A stretch of 64,000 nucleotides of DNA from Polaromonas sp. (GTDB lineage: Bacteria > Pseudomonadota > Gammaproteobacteria > Burkholderiales > Burkholderiaceae_C). Made by a program: the position numbers and the translations under genes. A model generated the notes under the pieces. The model searched no databases. It had not been told where the DNA came from and saw nothing but the letters and a program-made list of their open reading frames with translations. Below are positions 37,974-48,385 of this stretch, piece by piece; the first letter of the stretch is position 1, and each line of letters begins with the position of its first letter. The stretch is taken from contig JAYTPK010000168.1 in NCBI GenBank assembly GCA_043747295.1, positions 9,121 to 73,120 on the forward strand. Reading direction: 5' to 3'.

Positions 37974-39734
37974 TTAATGGATTTCTGGCTCGCCAGCCGC
38001 TTTACCCGTAGCGTCTGCTTTGTAGTCAGTTTCTAAAAAGTCAAAGTCACAGCCCTTGTCGGCTTGCTGAATATGCTTTAAATACAGCGCCCCGTAGCCT
38101 CTGCTGAATTTGGGCATTGGCGGTATCCAAGCGCTGCGGCGCTTGGCCAATTCGGCATCGCTTACCGCCATGCTGATGCTGCGCGCTTCGATGTCTAGCG
38201 TGATCAAATCGCCATCTTGCACCAAGGCCAGCGGCCCGCCCACATGGCTCTCGGGCGTGACGTGCAGCACGCAGGCGCCGTAGCTGGTACCGCTCATGCG
38301 CGCATCGCTGATGCGCAGCATGTCGCGCACGCCTTCTTTGAGCAGCTTTTGCGGGATGGGCAGTTGCCCCCACTCCGGCATGCCGGGCGCGCCTTGTGGG
38401 CCTGCGCTTTGCAGCACTATCACGCTATCGGCCGTTACATCCAATTCCGGCGCGTCGATGCGGGCGTTCATGTCGTTGTAGTCTTTGAACACCACAGCTT
38501 TGCCAGTGTGTTTATAAAACTTCGCCTCCATCGCTGCCGGTTTGATAACAGCGCCACCGGGGGCAATGTTGCCGTACAGCACTGCCAAGCCATCTTTGGG
38601 CACCAGCGGGTTGCTCATAGGGCGAATCACGTCGTCGTTGTACACCTTGGCACCCGCGATGTTCTCGCCCAACGTGGTGCTCATGATGGTTTGGGCGCTG
38701 CCGTCTAGAAGCCCGCCGGTTTTCACGTCACCCAACTGCGTGAGCAGGGCACGCAGGCCACCCGCGTAGTAAAAATCCTCCATCAAAAACTTGCCGCTGG
38801 GCCGCAGGTTGGCCAGCACGGGCGTTTTGCGCGCCATAGCATCGAACTGGTCGATGTTCAGATCAATGCCCGCCCGCCGCGCCATCGCCACCAGGTGCAC
38901 GATGCTGTTGGTGCTGCCGCCCAACGCCAGTACGGTGGTAACAGCGTTGTCAAACGATGCCTTGGTGAGAATGTCGGACGGTTTGATGTCTTGCCACACC
39001 ATCTCGACAATGCGCTTACCAGTCAGCGTGGCCATCTGCGCGTGACGCGAGTCGGGCGCCGGAATACTGGCCGCACCGGGTAGAGTGAGGCCCAGTGCCT
39101 CTGCCGCACTGGTCAGCGTGCTGGCGGTGCCCATGGTCATGCAATGGCCCGGGCTGCGGGCAATGCCGTCTTCTACTTCTTGCCAATCTTGCTGCGTAAT
39201 GTTGCCCGCGCGCAGCTCAGCCCAGTACTTCCAGGTGTCCGAGCCGCTGCCAATCACGCCGCCTTTGTAGTCACCGCTGAGCATCGGGCCTGCGGGCATA
39301 AAGATGGTGGGCAGGTTCATGCTGATCGCACCCATGATGAGCGCGGGCGTGGTCTTGTCGCAGCCACCCATCAGTACTGCACCATCGGCCGGGTAGCTGC
39401 GCAATAGCTCTTCCGTCTCCATCGCCAGCAGGTTGCGGTACAGCATGGTGGTGGGCTTTTGCATCGGCTCACTTAAAGAGATAGCTGGCATCTCCACCGG
39501 AAACCCACCCGCCTGCCAAATGCCGCGCTTGATCTCTTCGACCCGCTGTTTGAAGTGGGTGTGGCAGGGGTTAATGTCGCTCCAGGTGTTGATGATGGCT
39601 ATCACCGGCTTGCCAGCGTAGTCACTGCGGTGGTAGCCCATTTGCGCGGTGCGTGAGCGGTGGCCAAAACTGCGCAGGTCTTGTACGCCGTACCAGCGGT
39701 GGCTGCGCAGTTCTTCAGGTTTTTTTCGGGTCAT
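37974..39734 (-). CDS. IlvD/Edd family sugar-acid dehydratase
   Basis: [25 protein letters not shown] and CMTMGTAST (Fe-S ligands) are IlvD/Edd motifs. ATG at 39734 within ORF 37974..39749. Confidence 0.88.
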   Translation of the reverse strand: MTRKKPEELRSHRWYGVQDLRSFGHRSRTAQMGYHRSDYAGKPVIAIINTWSDINPCHTHFKQRVEEIKRGIWQAGGFPVEMPAISLSEPMQKPTTMLYRNLLAMETEELLRSYPADGAVLMGGCDKTTPALIMGAISMNLPTIFMPAGPMLSGDYKGGVIGSGSDTWKYWAELRAGNITQQDWQEVEDGIARSPGHCMTMGTASTLTSAAEALGLTLPGAASIPAPDSRHAQMATLTGKRIVEMVWQDIKPSDILTKASFDNAVTTVLALGGSTNSIVHLVAMARRAGIDLNIDQFDAMARKTPVLANLRPSGKFLMEDFYYAGGLRALLTQLGDVKTGGLLDGSAQTIMSTTLGENIAGAKVYNDDVIRPMSNPLVPKDGLAVLYGNIAPGGAVIKPAAMEAKFYKHTGKAVVFKDYNDMNARIDAPELDVTADSVIVLQSAGPQGAPGMPEWGQLPIPQKLLKEGVRDMLRISDARMSGTSYGACVLHVTPESHVGGPLALVQDGDLITLDIEARSISMAVSDAELAKRRSAWIPPMPKFSRGYGALYLKHIQQADKGCDFDFLETDYKADATGKAAGEPEIH

Positions 39735-39745
39735 GATTTTTAACT

Positions 39746-40660
39746 TCAAGTTGTGATGGCAAAAATAGGTTCGGGCAGGCCTTGCACGCCCGGGCGCAGC
39801 GCAAACACACCGCCCGCCAGCGGCTGGTCTGACAGGTCAATGCCTTCAGGCCGGATGGACGTGACAAACAGCGTGCGCATGTCGTCGCCACCAAAGGCGC
39901 ACATGGCGGGTTTTTTAACGGGCACGGCCAGCGACTGGTCTAACTTGCCTTGTGGTGTGAAGCGGTGTACCAAGCCTGCGTCGTTGCCGCAAATCCAGTA
40001 GCAGCCGTCGGCGTCCACCGCTGCGCCGTCTGGGCGGCCGGGCAGCGGGTGCATGTCCACAAATACGCGGCGGTTGGTAGGTGTGCCGGTTGCGGTGTCG
40101 TAGTCAAAAGCCCATACGGTTTGCACGCTGGGGTGTGAATCGCTCAGGTACATGGTGCGGCCATCAGGGCTGAAGGCTAGGCCGTTGGGCACTACCATGT
40201 GATCTACCAGCTGCCTTAAGTTACTATTATTTTCGTAGCTGGTTAAGCAGGGATTACCTTGTCCTACAGCCATATTGACCATCATGGTACCGGCCAAAAA
40301 CCGCCCTTGACGGTCGCAGCGGCCATCGTTAAAGCGCATGCCATGGGTGTTGTGTGGCGCAACAACTAGGCGCTTAACTTGCAAGTCACCACCCTGCCCT
40401 TGACCCGTGATAGGTGCAGGCGTGCGCAGATGGAAAATTCCACTCTCCATACCGGCAATCCAACCGCCCGCAGCATGCATGGCGATGCAGCCCAGCATCT
40501 CGGGCGCGGCCCAGCTTTGCACCTGCTCGCTACTGGCTTGCCATTGGTAGAGCTTTTTTTGCACAATGTCTACCCAGTACAGCGCTTTGTCTGCAGGGTG
40601 CCACACGGGGCTTTCGCCTACGCTGTTGCGGGCATCGACAATAAGTTCTGCGGTGCTCAT
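39746..40660 (-). CDS. SMP-30/gluconolactonase/LRE family lactonase
   Basis: [32 protein letters not shown] and [12 protein letters not shown] are beta-propeller lactonase motifs. Confidence 0.88.
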   Translation of the reverse strand: MSTAELIVDARNSVGESPVWHPADKALYWVDIVQKKLYQWQASSEQVQSWAAPEMLGCIAMHAAGGWIAGMESGIFHLRTPAPITGQGQGGDLQVKRLVVAPHNTHGMRFNDGRCDRQGRFLAGTMMVNMAVGQGNPCLTSYENNSNLRQLVDHMVVPNGLAFSPDGRTMYLSDSHPSVQTVWAFDYDTATGTPTNRRVFVDMHPLPGRPDGAAVDADGCYWICGNDAGLVHRFTPQGKLDQSLAVPVKKPAMCAFGGDDMRTLFVTSIRPEGIDLSDQPLAGGVFALRPGVQGLPEPIFAITT

Positions 40661-40673
40661 GATCTACGTGCTG

Positions 40674-41486
40674 TTAAAACGGCCCGGCCTTCACAAATCC
40701 ACCACCTTGATAGATTTTGGCCGGGTCTGCAGAATCCAGCGCAGGCACGCTTTCGAGCTTAGCGCGAAACGGCTCTGAGCTGTCTTGCGCCACAAAGCCT
40801 AAGTGCACAGCTTGGCTGTTGTCCCACCACACGTCGCGGTTATTGGACACACCATACACAATGGTGTGTCCCACATTGGGCGCAAACAGCGCGCAACGCA
40901 CCAGCTCGGTCAAGTCGCGGTAGCTTAGCCATGTGTGCAGCATGCGGCGGTCTTTAGGCTCAGGAAAAGACGAGCCTATGCGAATGCAAACCGTCTCTAC
41001 ACCAAAGCGATCAAAATAAAACCGCGACAAGTCTTCGCCATACGATTTAGACAAGCCGTAGTAACCATCAGGCCGCTTGGCGCAATCGGCACCAATCACA
41101 TCGCTTTGCTTATGAAACCCCACCACATGGTTAGAACTGGCAAAAACCACACGCTTAACACCGTGCAGGCGCGCAGCCTCGTACAGGTTAAACACACCTT
41201 TGATATTGGCTTCTAATATCTCTTCAAACGGCCGTTCGACCGAGACGCCACCCATATGCACAATAGCCTGCGCGCCCTGCACTAAGCGGTGCACAGCAGC
41301 CTTTTCTGCCAGGTCGCATACGGTGCATTCTTCATGTGCAGCCGCCTCACCCAAAGGCAATATGTCTGACAAGTGCAACACCTTGGCATAAGGTGCCAGT
41401 CGCTCACGCAGCACCTTGCCTAAACCACCTGCTGCACCTGTAAGCAGCAGCTTTGATAACGGTGTGGTGATCGGCGGGATTGGCAT
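40674..41486 (-). CDS. udh: uronate dehydrogenase-like NAD-dependent SDR
   Basis: LLLTGAAGGLGKVLRERLAP and VERPFEEILEANIKGVFNLYEAARLHGVKRVVFASSNHVVGF align closely with recalled Agrobacterium Udh (VEKPFEQILQGNIIGLYNLYEAARAHGQPRIVFASSNH). The gene symbol is tentative. Confidence 0.75.
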   Translation of the reverse strand: MPIPPITTPLSKLLLTGAAGGLGKVLRERLAPYAKVLHLSDILPLGEAAAHEECTVCDLAEKAAVHRLVQGAQAIVHMGGVSVERPFEEILEANIKGVFNLYEAARLHGVKRVVFASSNHVVGFHKQSDVIGADCAKRPDGYYGLSKSYGEDLSRFYFDRFGVETVCIRIGSSFPEPKDRRMLHTWLSYRDLTELVRCALFAPNVGHTIVYGVSNNRDVWWDNSQAVHLGFVAQDSSEPFRAKLESVPALDSADPAKIYQGGGFVKAGPF

Positions 41487-41529
41487 AAACAATTGCTTGG
41501 GACAAAATGTAGTTATTAAAAATTCTTAG

Positions 41530-41540
41530 TTGTAAGACAA
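41530..41540. promoter_or_regulatory. candidate GntR/FadR-type operator upstream of udh
   Basis: TTGTAAGACAA fits the GntR-family TnGT-N3-ACnA pattern, 44 nt upstream of the udh ATG. Confidence 0.3.
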
Positions 41541-41611
41541 ATTTTACTACCGGGAGGGAGCTTGTCTAGTCATTGATTACCCTTGTTTGGCAATCGTCAC
41601 ACTACAAAGAA

Positions 41612-41700
41612 CCAGTAAAAGCACTAAAACATCACTTTTATCAATGAAATATGCTTGTAGTCCAAGCATTTACTACTTAGACAGCTATGAAATTAATAGC
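41612..41700 (+). repeat. dispersed repeat family, copy 8, supplies the last codons and stop of ispF
   Basis: CAGTAAAAGCACTAAAACATCACTTTTATCAATGAAATATGCTTGTAGTCCAAGCATTTACTACTTAGACAGCTATGAAATTAATAGCAC. The ispF stop (CTA at 41685-87) lies in the CAGCTATGAAATT core. Confidence 0.8.
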
Positions 41701-42167
41701 ACTGCAGCTCTAGCCTCGATGCTCAAGCCCTCACCTACCGGCCCCATCTTCTCTGCAGTTTTAGCCTTTACATTCACTTGCGATACCGCCACCCCCAATG
41801 CAGCAGCAATACGCTCGCACATCGCCGGAATGTGCGTTGCCAGCTTAGGAGCCTGCGCGATGATGGTGCTGTCGACGTTGCCAATTTGGTAGCCTGCAGC
41901 CCGCACGCGCCGTGCGGCTTCAGTCAGCAAAGCAATTGAATCTGCACCTTTAAACTGCGCATCCGTATCAGGAAAGTGACGGCCAATATCACCCAAGGCC
42001 GCTGCACCCAGCAGTGCGTCGGTGATGGCGTGCAACAGCGCGTCAGCGTCTGAATGGCCTAGCAAACCTTTGTCGAAAGGGATGTGCACGCCGCCCAGTA
42101 TCAGCTTGCGACCAGGTACCAAGGCATGGGTGTCCCAGCCTTCGCCAATTCGAAATGGTGTGTTCAT
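41685..42167 (-). CDS. ispF: 2-C-methyl-D-erythritol 2,4-cyclodiphosphate synthase
   Basis: [26 protein letters not shown] and [19 protein letters not shown] are IspF motifs. Confidence 0.95.
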   Translation of the reverse strand: MNTPFRIGEGWDTHALVPGRKLILGGVHIPFDKGLLGHSDADALLHAITDALLGAAALGDIGRHFPDTDAQFKGADSIALLTEAARRVRAAGYQIGNVDSTIIAQAPKLATHIPAMCERIAAALGVAVSQVNVKAKTAEKMGPVGEGLSIEARAAVLLIS

Positions 42168-42895
42168 GCGGTGGTCTTTCTGCTTTGCAATATCGCCTGA
42201 GCCAGTGCAAAGTCTTCGGGGTAGGTAATTTTGAAATTGTGTGCGCTGCTAGGTACCAGCTTGGGCGCATGGCCCGCTAGCTCCATGGCGCTGGATTCGT
42301 CGGTAACTTGGCTACCCGCCGCGTTTAGCGCGTCCATTAAAGCGCCTATACGAAACATTTGTGGGGTGTGCGCCAGCCATTTGTCAGCGCGGCTGATGGT
42401 GGCGGCCACGCGGTCTGCGCTGGAAGATTTCAGGGTGTCGGGCAAAGGCAGCGCTAGCAGACCGCCCACTGGGTCGTGCTGGCAAGCATCTATCAAGGCA
42501 TTGATTTGTGCAGGCGTGACCAAGCAACGCGCTGCGTCATGCACCAGCGCCCAGTCTTGGGATTGCGCACCATGGCCTAGCAGATGGTTTAAACCATTCA
42601 ATACCGTAACAGCCCTTGTATCGCCTGCACAAGCTGCTATGAAATGTGCAGTACCCACACACTCGCTGAATAACGCATCATCAGTAGCGATCACAACCCA
42701 AGTTTGCACAATGCGGGGCACAGCGGCAAAAGCCGCCAAGGTATGTGCCACCATGGGCTGCCCAGCGATGCTTTGGTATTGCTTGGGTAACGTATTACTG
42801 CCCTGAGAAATAGCGCGTGTGCCAGTGCCGCCGCAGGGGATGAGCGCATAAAACTGGGGGGCGATTGGGGGGCTATTTTGGGGACTTAGGGGCAT
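42164..42895 (-). CDS. ispD: 2-C-methyl-D-erythritol 4-phosphate cytidylyltransferase
   Basis: [26 protein letters not shown] and the 4-nt overlap with ispF. Confidence 0.93.
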   Translation of the reverse strand: MPLSPQNSPPIAPQFYALIPCGGTGTRAISQGSNTLPKQYQSIAGQPMVAHTLAAFAAVPRIVQTWVVIATDDALFSECVGTAHFIAACAGDTRAVTVLNGLNHLLGHGAQSQDWALVHDAARCLVTPAQINALIDACQHDPVGGLLALPLPDTLKSSSADRVAATISRADKWLAHTPQMFRIGALMDALNAAGSQVTDESSAMELAGHAPKLVPSSAHNFKITYPEDFALAQAILQSRKTTA

Positions 42896-42961
42896 AGTTA
42901 TTCATATCTTAAGCGGGTATTCTAAAATCACAGCTTCACACCCCACTGCTTTGACTTTGGG

Positions 42962-45900
42962 GTGTTTTGTATTTGTGGTCAAAAAAACGTGGATTACCCC
43001 AAACTCTCCCCCGGCAAACGGCATACCCTGCCCCGCCCCATCAGCTCGGCTGATTCGCTGCTGTTATCCGAATTTGCTACGCGCGAGAAGGCAGCAGGGC
43101 GCATTACCGCTATCGTCACGGCCGACGCCACCGATGCGCAGCGCATCTTGGACGAGATGGTGTTTTTTGCGCCTGATTTGCAAACTGTGATGTTCCCTGA
43201 CTGGGAAACCCTGCCGTATGACACCTTCTCGCCGCACCAAGACCTGATCAGCGAACGCTTGGCCACGCTATGGCGTATTCACAGTCATAGTGGCCAACGC
43301 GACCCCAAAGACGCTGCCGATGTGGTGCTGATCCCAGCCACCACCGCGCTGTACCGCGTGGCACCGCCCAGCTTTTTAGCCGGCACCACCTTTCAGTTTA
43401 AGGTCAAACAAAAGCTTGACGAAGCCAAGTTGAAAGCACAGCTGACCCTGGCGGGCTACAACCACGTCACGCAAGTCGTCAGCCCGGGTGAATATGCCGT
43501 ACGCGGTGGGCTGATTGACCTGTTCCCCATGGGTAGCATGGTGCCTTACCGCGTAGATTTGTTTGACGACGAGGTCGATTCCATTCGCACCTTTGACCCC
43601 GACAGCCAACGCAGCCTGTACCCCGTGCCTGAAGTGCGCCTGCTGCCGGGCCGCGAGTTTCCGATGGACGACGCAGCGCGAGCCAAGTTTCGCAACCGCT
43701 GGCGCGAGTTGCTGGAAGGCGACCCGACCAAGAGCCGCATTTACAAAGACATTGGCAACGGCGTAGCTACCGCAGGCATTGAATATTATTTGCCACTGTT
43801 TTTTGACGATACGGCTACTGTGTTTGACTATCTGGGCAAAGAAGCTACCGTGGTCTTGCACGGAGATTTGGAACCCGCATTTGCGCATTTTTGGCAAGAC
43901 ACAAAAGAGCGTTACCGATTGGTGCGCGGCGACCCCGACCGACCTGCACTGGCACCTGAAGCTTTGTTTTTAAGCAGCGAGCAGTTCTACAGCATTGCCA
44001 ATACTTTTGGCCAGCTGGCCCTTAGGGCTACTGCGCAAGAAGCTACCGAATTTGTAGCGCAACCCTTGCCGCCCCTGGCTGCCCAGCGCGGCATGGAAGA
44101 GCCACTGTCGCTGCTCAAATCGCACATCGTGGGTACCAAACACCGCGTTTTGATCTTGGCCGAGAGCGACGGCAGGCGTGAGAGCTTGCTAGACTTTTTG
44201 CGCGCCAGCCATTTGGTGGTGCCGCTGTTTGATTCGCTGCTTGAGTTTCAAGCCAGCGATGAAAAATTTGGCATTACCACCGCTGCACTTGCCGCAGGCT
44301 TTGCCTGGACAGAAGGTGCCATTGATTTTATTACCGAGACCGAGCTTTTTGCCAGCGTAGGCGGTGGCCCACGCAGACGGCGTAAGCAAGAACAAGTGAG
44401 CGATGTTGAATCGCTCATCAAAGACTTAAGCGAGCTTAACGTGGGCGACCCCGTTGTGCACAGCCAGCACGGCATTGGCCGGTATCGCGGTTTGGTCAAC
44501 ATGGACGTAGGGCAAAAAATGCCCGATGGCTCGCCGACGCTGCAAGAGTTTTTGCTACTTGAATATGCAGGCGATGCCAAACTGTATGTGCCCGTGAGCC
44601 AACTGCATTTGATCAGCCGCTACACAGGTGTGTCAGCCGATGAAGCGCCCCTGCACCGCTTAGGCTCAGGCCAGTGGGAAAAAGCCAAACGCAAAGCCGC
44701 CGAGCAAGTGCGCGACAGCGCAGCCGAGCTGCTGAACATTTACGCACGCCGGGCAGCACGCCAAGGCCATGCATTCAAATTCTCGCCACAAGACTACGAA
44801 GCCTTTTCTAACGACTTTGGCTTTGAAGAAACTGCTGACCAGCGCGCCGCCATCCACGCCGTGATGCAAGACATGATTTCGCCGCGTCCGATGGACCGCC
44901 TAGTGTGTGGCGACGTAGGCTTTGGCAAAACCGAAGTCGCTTTGCGCGCCGCCTTCATGGCCGTGACGGGTGGCAAACAAGTGGCCATCCTAGCGCCCAC
45001 CACGCTGCTGGCCGAGCAGCACTTTGACACTTTGACAGACCGCTTTAGCAAATGGCCCGTCAAAATTATGGAGATGAGCCGCTTTCGTAGCGGCAAAGAA
45101 ATCACTGCCGCCATTAAAGGCTTGGCCGACGGCAGCGTAGACATTGTGGTGGGAACACACAAGCTGCTCAGCCCTTCAGTGAAATACAAAGACCTTGGCC
45201 TCTTAATTGTGGACGAAGAGCACCGCTTTGGCGTGCGCCACAAAGAGGCTATGAAAGCCCTGCGCGCCGAGGTGGACATCCTCACGCTGACGGCCACGCC
45301 CATCCCCCGCACGATGGGTATGGCGCTAGAAGGCCTGCGCGATTTAAGCGTCATCGCCACCGCGCCGCAGCGCCGCCTGGCTATCAAAACTTTTGTGCGC
45401 ACCGAAGGCACGGGCGTGATACGCGAGGCCGTGTTGCGCGAGCTAAAACGTGGTGGACAGGTCTACTTTTTGCACAACGAAGTCGAGACGATTGAAAACC
45501 GCCGCGCCAAGCTGGAAGAAATTCTGCCCGAAGCCCGCATTGCTGTGGCCCACGGCCAAATGCCTGAGCGCCAGCTAGAAAAGGTGATGAAAGACTTTAT
45601 CGCCCAGCGCTACAACCTGTTGCTGTGCTCCACGATTATCGAGACGGGTATTGACGTGCCCACGGCCAACACGATTGTGATGAGCCGTGCTGATAAGTTT
45701 GGCCTGGCCCAGCTGCACCAGCTGCGCGGCAGGGTGGGCCGCAGTCACCACCAAGCCTACGCCTACCTGATGGTGCCCGACGTAGAAGGCCTGACCAAAC
45801 AAGCCAGCCAGCGCATGGAAGCCATTGTGCAGATGGAAGAACTGGGCAGCGGCTTTTATTTAGCCATGCACGACTTAGAGATTCGCGGTGCAGGCGAAGT

Positions 45901-46498
45901 GCTGGGCGAGAACCAATCGGGCAATATGCTGGAAGTGGGCTTTCAGCTGTACAACGAAATGCTGGCCGAGGCTGTGCGCAGTCTCAAGGCCGGCCAAGAG
46001 CCCGATTTGCTGTCGCCACTGCACGTGACCACCGAGATCAATCTGCACGCGCCTGCCCTGCTGCCCAGCGACTATTGCGGCGATGTGCACCTGCGATTGA
46101 GTTTTTACAAAAAGCTGGCCACGGCAAAAACCACCGACAAAATCGACCAACTACTCGAAGAAATTGTCGACCGCTTTGGCAAGCTGCCGTCGCAGGCGCA
46201 AACCCTCATCGACGTGCACCGCCTGCGCGTCATTGCCAAGCCTTATGGCGTGACCAAGGTAGACGCAGCGCCCGGCATGATCACCATCAACTTCCAAAAA
46301 GACCCACCTATTGACAGCTTGGCCATCATCCATTTGATTCAAAAGAACAAACACATCAAACTGGCAGGCAACGACAAACTACGAATTGAGCGCGAGCTGC
46401 CAGATACCAAGGCGCGGGCGCAGATGGTGCGCGATGTGCTTAAAAGCTTGGGGCAACCTACTACGGCAGCCGCAAAACCCGAGGCACTAGCAACATAA
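42962..46498 (+). CDS. mfd: transcription-repair coupling factor
   Basis: UvrB-homology N-terminus, CarD-like DPVVHSQHGIGRY, helicase motifs LVCGDVGFGKTEVA / DEEHRFGV / QLHQLRGRVGRS, and a TRG region. The start could be GTG at 42989. Confidence 0.96.
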   Translation: MFCICGQKNVDYPKLSPGKRHTLPRPISSADSLLLSEFATREKAAGRITAIVTADATDAQRILDEMVFFAPDLQTVMFPDWETLPYDTFSPHQDLISERLATLWRIHSHSGQRDPKDAADVVLIPATTALYRVAPPSFLAGTTFQFKVKQKLDEAKLKAQLTLAGYNHVTQVVSPGEYAVRGGLIDLFPMGSMVPYRVDLFDDEVDSIRTFDPDSQRSLYPVPEVRLLPGREFPMDDAARAKFRNRWRELLEGDPTKSRIYKDIGNGVATAGIEYYLPLFFDDTATVFDYLGKEATVVLHGDLEPAFAHFWQDTKERYRLVRGDPDRPALAPEALFLSSEQFYSIANTFGQLALRATAQEATEFVAQPLPPLAAQRGMEEPLSLLKSHIVGTKHRVLILAESDGRRESLLDFLRASHLVVPLFDSLLEFQASDEKFGITTAALAAGFAWTEGAIDFITETELFASVGGGPRRRRKQEQVSDVESLIKDLSELNVGDPVVHSQHGIGRYRGLVNMDVGQKMPDGSPTLQEFLLLEYAGDAKLYVPVSQLHLISRYTGVSADEAPLHRLGSGQWEKAKRKAAEQVRDSAAELLNIYARRAARQGHAFKFSPQDYEAFSNDFGFEETADQRAAIHAVMQDMISPRPMDRLVCGDVGFGKTEVALRAAFMAVTGGKQVAILAPTTLLAEQHFDTLTDRFSKWPVKIMEMSRFRSGKEITAAIKGLADGSVDIVVGTHKLLSPSVKYKDLGLLIVDEEHRFGVRHKEAMKALRAEVDILTLTATPIPRTMGMALEGLRDLSVIATAPQRRLAIKTFVRTEGTGVIREAVLRELKRGGQVYFLHNEVETIENRRAKLEEILPEARIAVAHGQMPERQLEKVMKDFIAQRYNLLLCSTIIETGIDVPTANTIVMSRADKFGLAQLHQLRGRVGRSHHQAYAYLMVPDVEGLTKQASQRMEAIVQMEELGSGFYLAMHDLEIRGAGEVLGENQSGNMLEVGFQLYNEMLAEAVRSLKAGQEPDLLSPLHVTTEINLHAPALLPSDYCGDVHLRLSFYKKLATAKTTDKIDQLLEEIVDRFGKLPSQAQTLIDVHRLRVIAKPYGVTKVDAAPGMITINFQKDPPIDSLAIIHLIQKNKHIKLAGNDKLRIERELPDTKARAQMVRDVLKSLGQPTTAAAKPEALAT

Positions 46499-46546
46499 TT
46501 GCATGATACTTATTATTGTCCATGTAATTATTTTAGGAGCCTTGCC

Positions 46547-46813
46547 ATGGGCCAAGTCACAATTTACATGGACGACGATGCCATAGCCCGTGCTAAAGCT
46601 GCGGCTGCGGCGGCCAAACTGTCGCTTAGCAGCTGGCTGGCCAAGCTGGTGAAAGAGCAAACGCCCGAAGTAGACGCTAATGGCTGGCCATTGGGGTTTT
46701 TCGAAAGTATTGAGGCCAACAAGCACATTTGGGATGACTTTCCCAGCTTGGAAGAAATTCGTGCTGACATGGGCACAGACCTACCCAGAGAGAGCTTTCA
46801 ATGTATCTGCTAG
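46547..46813 (+). CDS. vapB: antitoxin, VapB-type (ribbon-helix-helix-like)
   Basis: ATG follows AGGAG. MGQVTIYMDDDAIARAKAAAAAAKLSLSSWLAKLV resembles RHH antitoxins. The 3' end overlaps the vapC ATG by 13 nt. Confidence 0.65.
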   Translation: MGQVTIYMDDDAIARAKAAAAAAKLSLSSWLAKLVKEQTPEVDANGWPLGFFESIEANKHIWDDFPSLEEIRADMGTDLPRESFQCIC

Positions 46814-47196
46814 ACAGCAACATTTTGATTTGTTGGCTCAAAGGACAAGGCAAAGTAACCCAGCAGCTGCAAAGCAAGTCGCCCCAGCACATCAAGATAC
46901 CAGCACCTGCTTTGTTTGAGCTGGAATAAGGCACTGCCAAATCACTAAAGCCGCAGCTACAACGTGAATTTATCGATGCGCTGGTGCTAAAGCTTGAAGT
47001 ACTTCCGCTGGACTACCCCAGCGCCGAAGCCGCTGGCTTATTGCGTAGCTCACTAGAAAGTAAAGGCAATTTGATAGGCTCCTACGATTTATTAATCGCA
47101 GGCATCGCCATAGCCCACAACCTGACAGCCATTACCCGCAACACCCGCGAGTTTGCACGCGTACCCGGCCTACGTGTAGAAAACTGGTACGACTGA
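46801..47196 (+). pseudogene. vapC: PIN-domain toxin VapC interrupted by one in-frame TAA at codon 43
   Basis: MYLLDSNILICWLKG...PAPALFELE-TAA(46927-29)-GTAKS...DLLIAGIAIAHNLTAITRNTREFARVPGLRVENW. Both halves are in one frame. The stop sits where VapC proteins have Tyr (ELEYGA). Confidence 0.8.
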
Positions 47197-47198
47197 GT

Positions 47199-47263
47199 CA
47201 TTTAGGTGCCAAATATGCCCGTAGTCCATGTATTCATTGCTCGAACAGCTATTAAATTGATAG
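47199..47263 (+). repeat. dispersed repeat family, copy 9 (intergenic)
   Basis: CATTTAGGTGCCAAATATGCCCGTAGTCCATGTATTCATTGCTCGAACAGCTATTAAATTGATAG. Confidence 0.75.
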
Positions 47264-47299
47264 AATCTAGCAAGCCATTAGAGGATCGAGCAGAGCAAC

Positions 47300-48184
47300 T
47301 TAATGCTTAGCAGGTAGCAGCTTTTGCACCAACGGGTGCAGCACTTTCTTTTGTGCACTGATGGCGTAGTAGTGCTCCTCAATGTCTTCACACAGGCCAA
47401 CGCGCTTCACGTCGAAGCTGTGCATCACGTCGGCCTCCACCATATGCGCAGCCGGGAAAATACCCATACCCGCTGCGCCAAAAGTTTTAAGCAACGCACT
47501 ATCTTCAAACTCGCCCACCACCCGCAGCTTAATACCTTGGCGTTCGCACCACTGGTCAATGCGGGTACGCACAGCGGCGTGGGTGGACGGCAGCAGCACA
47601 GGGAATTGGGCTAGCGAATGCGGAAAACCTTTTTTAGCCTGCGCACAAAGCTGCGCGGTGCCGTACCACGCTATGCATGATGAGCCTAGCGATTGGCTGT
47701 AGACCTTTAAGTTGGGGTTAGACGGTGCGGGTCGGTCGGCCAGCAGTACATCCAGCCGATGCAGTGCTAAGTCACCCAGCATGTCGTCAAAATCGTTTTC
47801 GCGGCATAACAAATGCAGGTGTGGCGTTTGCATGATGGGCTTCATCAGCATGCGCACAGCCAGCTTGGGCAAACCTTCAGATATACCCACGGCCAAGCGC
47901 ACGCTGGGTGCACCAATCGCATCGCTAATAGCCTTGGGCAACTGCTCGCCTAATTGAAAAATTTGCTCTGCTTGGCGCATGGTGGCCTGGCCAGCATCGG
48001 TCAGCACCAAGCCACGCCCTGCAGGTTTTAGCAAGGTGGTGCCCAGGTCACGCTCAAGCTCACGCACCTGCGCGCTGACAGTTTGCACTGCCATGTCCAG
48101 CTTGTCGGCTGCACGCGCCATGCCGCCTTCTTTGGCGACCACCCAAAAATAGTACAAGTGTTTGTAATTGAAATGCACGCTCAT
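47300..48184 (-). CDS. LysR family transcriptional regulator (NhaR-like)
   Basis: FNYKHLYYFWVVAKEGGMARAADKLDMAVQTVSAQVRELERDLG resembles the NhaR subgroup. Confidence 0.85.
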   Translation of the reverse strand: MSVHFNYKHLYYFWVVAKEGGMARAADKLDMAVQTVSAQVRELERDLGTTLLKPAGRGLVLTDAGQATMRQAEQIFQLGEQLPKAISDAIGAPSVRLAVGISEGLPKLAVRMLMKPIMQTPHLHLLCRENDFDDMLGDLALHRLDVLLADRPAPSNPNLKVYSQSLGSSCIAWYGTAQLCAQAKKGFPHSLAQFPVLLPSTHAAVRTRIDQWCERQGIKLRVVGEFEDSALLKTFGAAGMGIFPAAHMVEADVMHSFDVKRVGLCEDIEEHYYAISAQKKVLHPLVQKLLPAKH

Positions 48185-48385
48185 AGGGCTACTGCGGGTT
48201 GGTTTGGAGTTAAAGAATTATTAGATACTCAGTTTTTTACGATGCTTTATTCATTAATTATCTACTTTTTAAGAATTTTTAATCACCCTAAACTGCAATC
48301 TCCATTCGGCAGCGTCATCAGGGTTTTTTTAGTTTTGACGGCTGATTTATACATGTTGATTTTTTAACTGAGAAGGAATTTTTCA

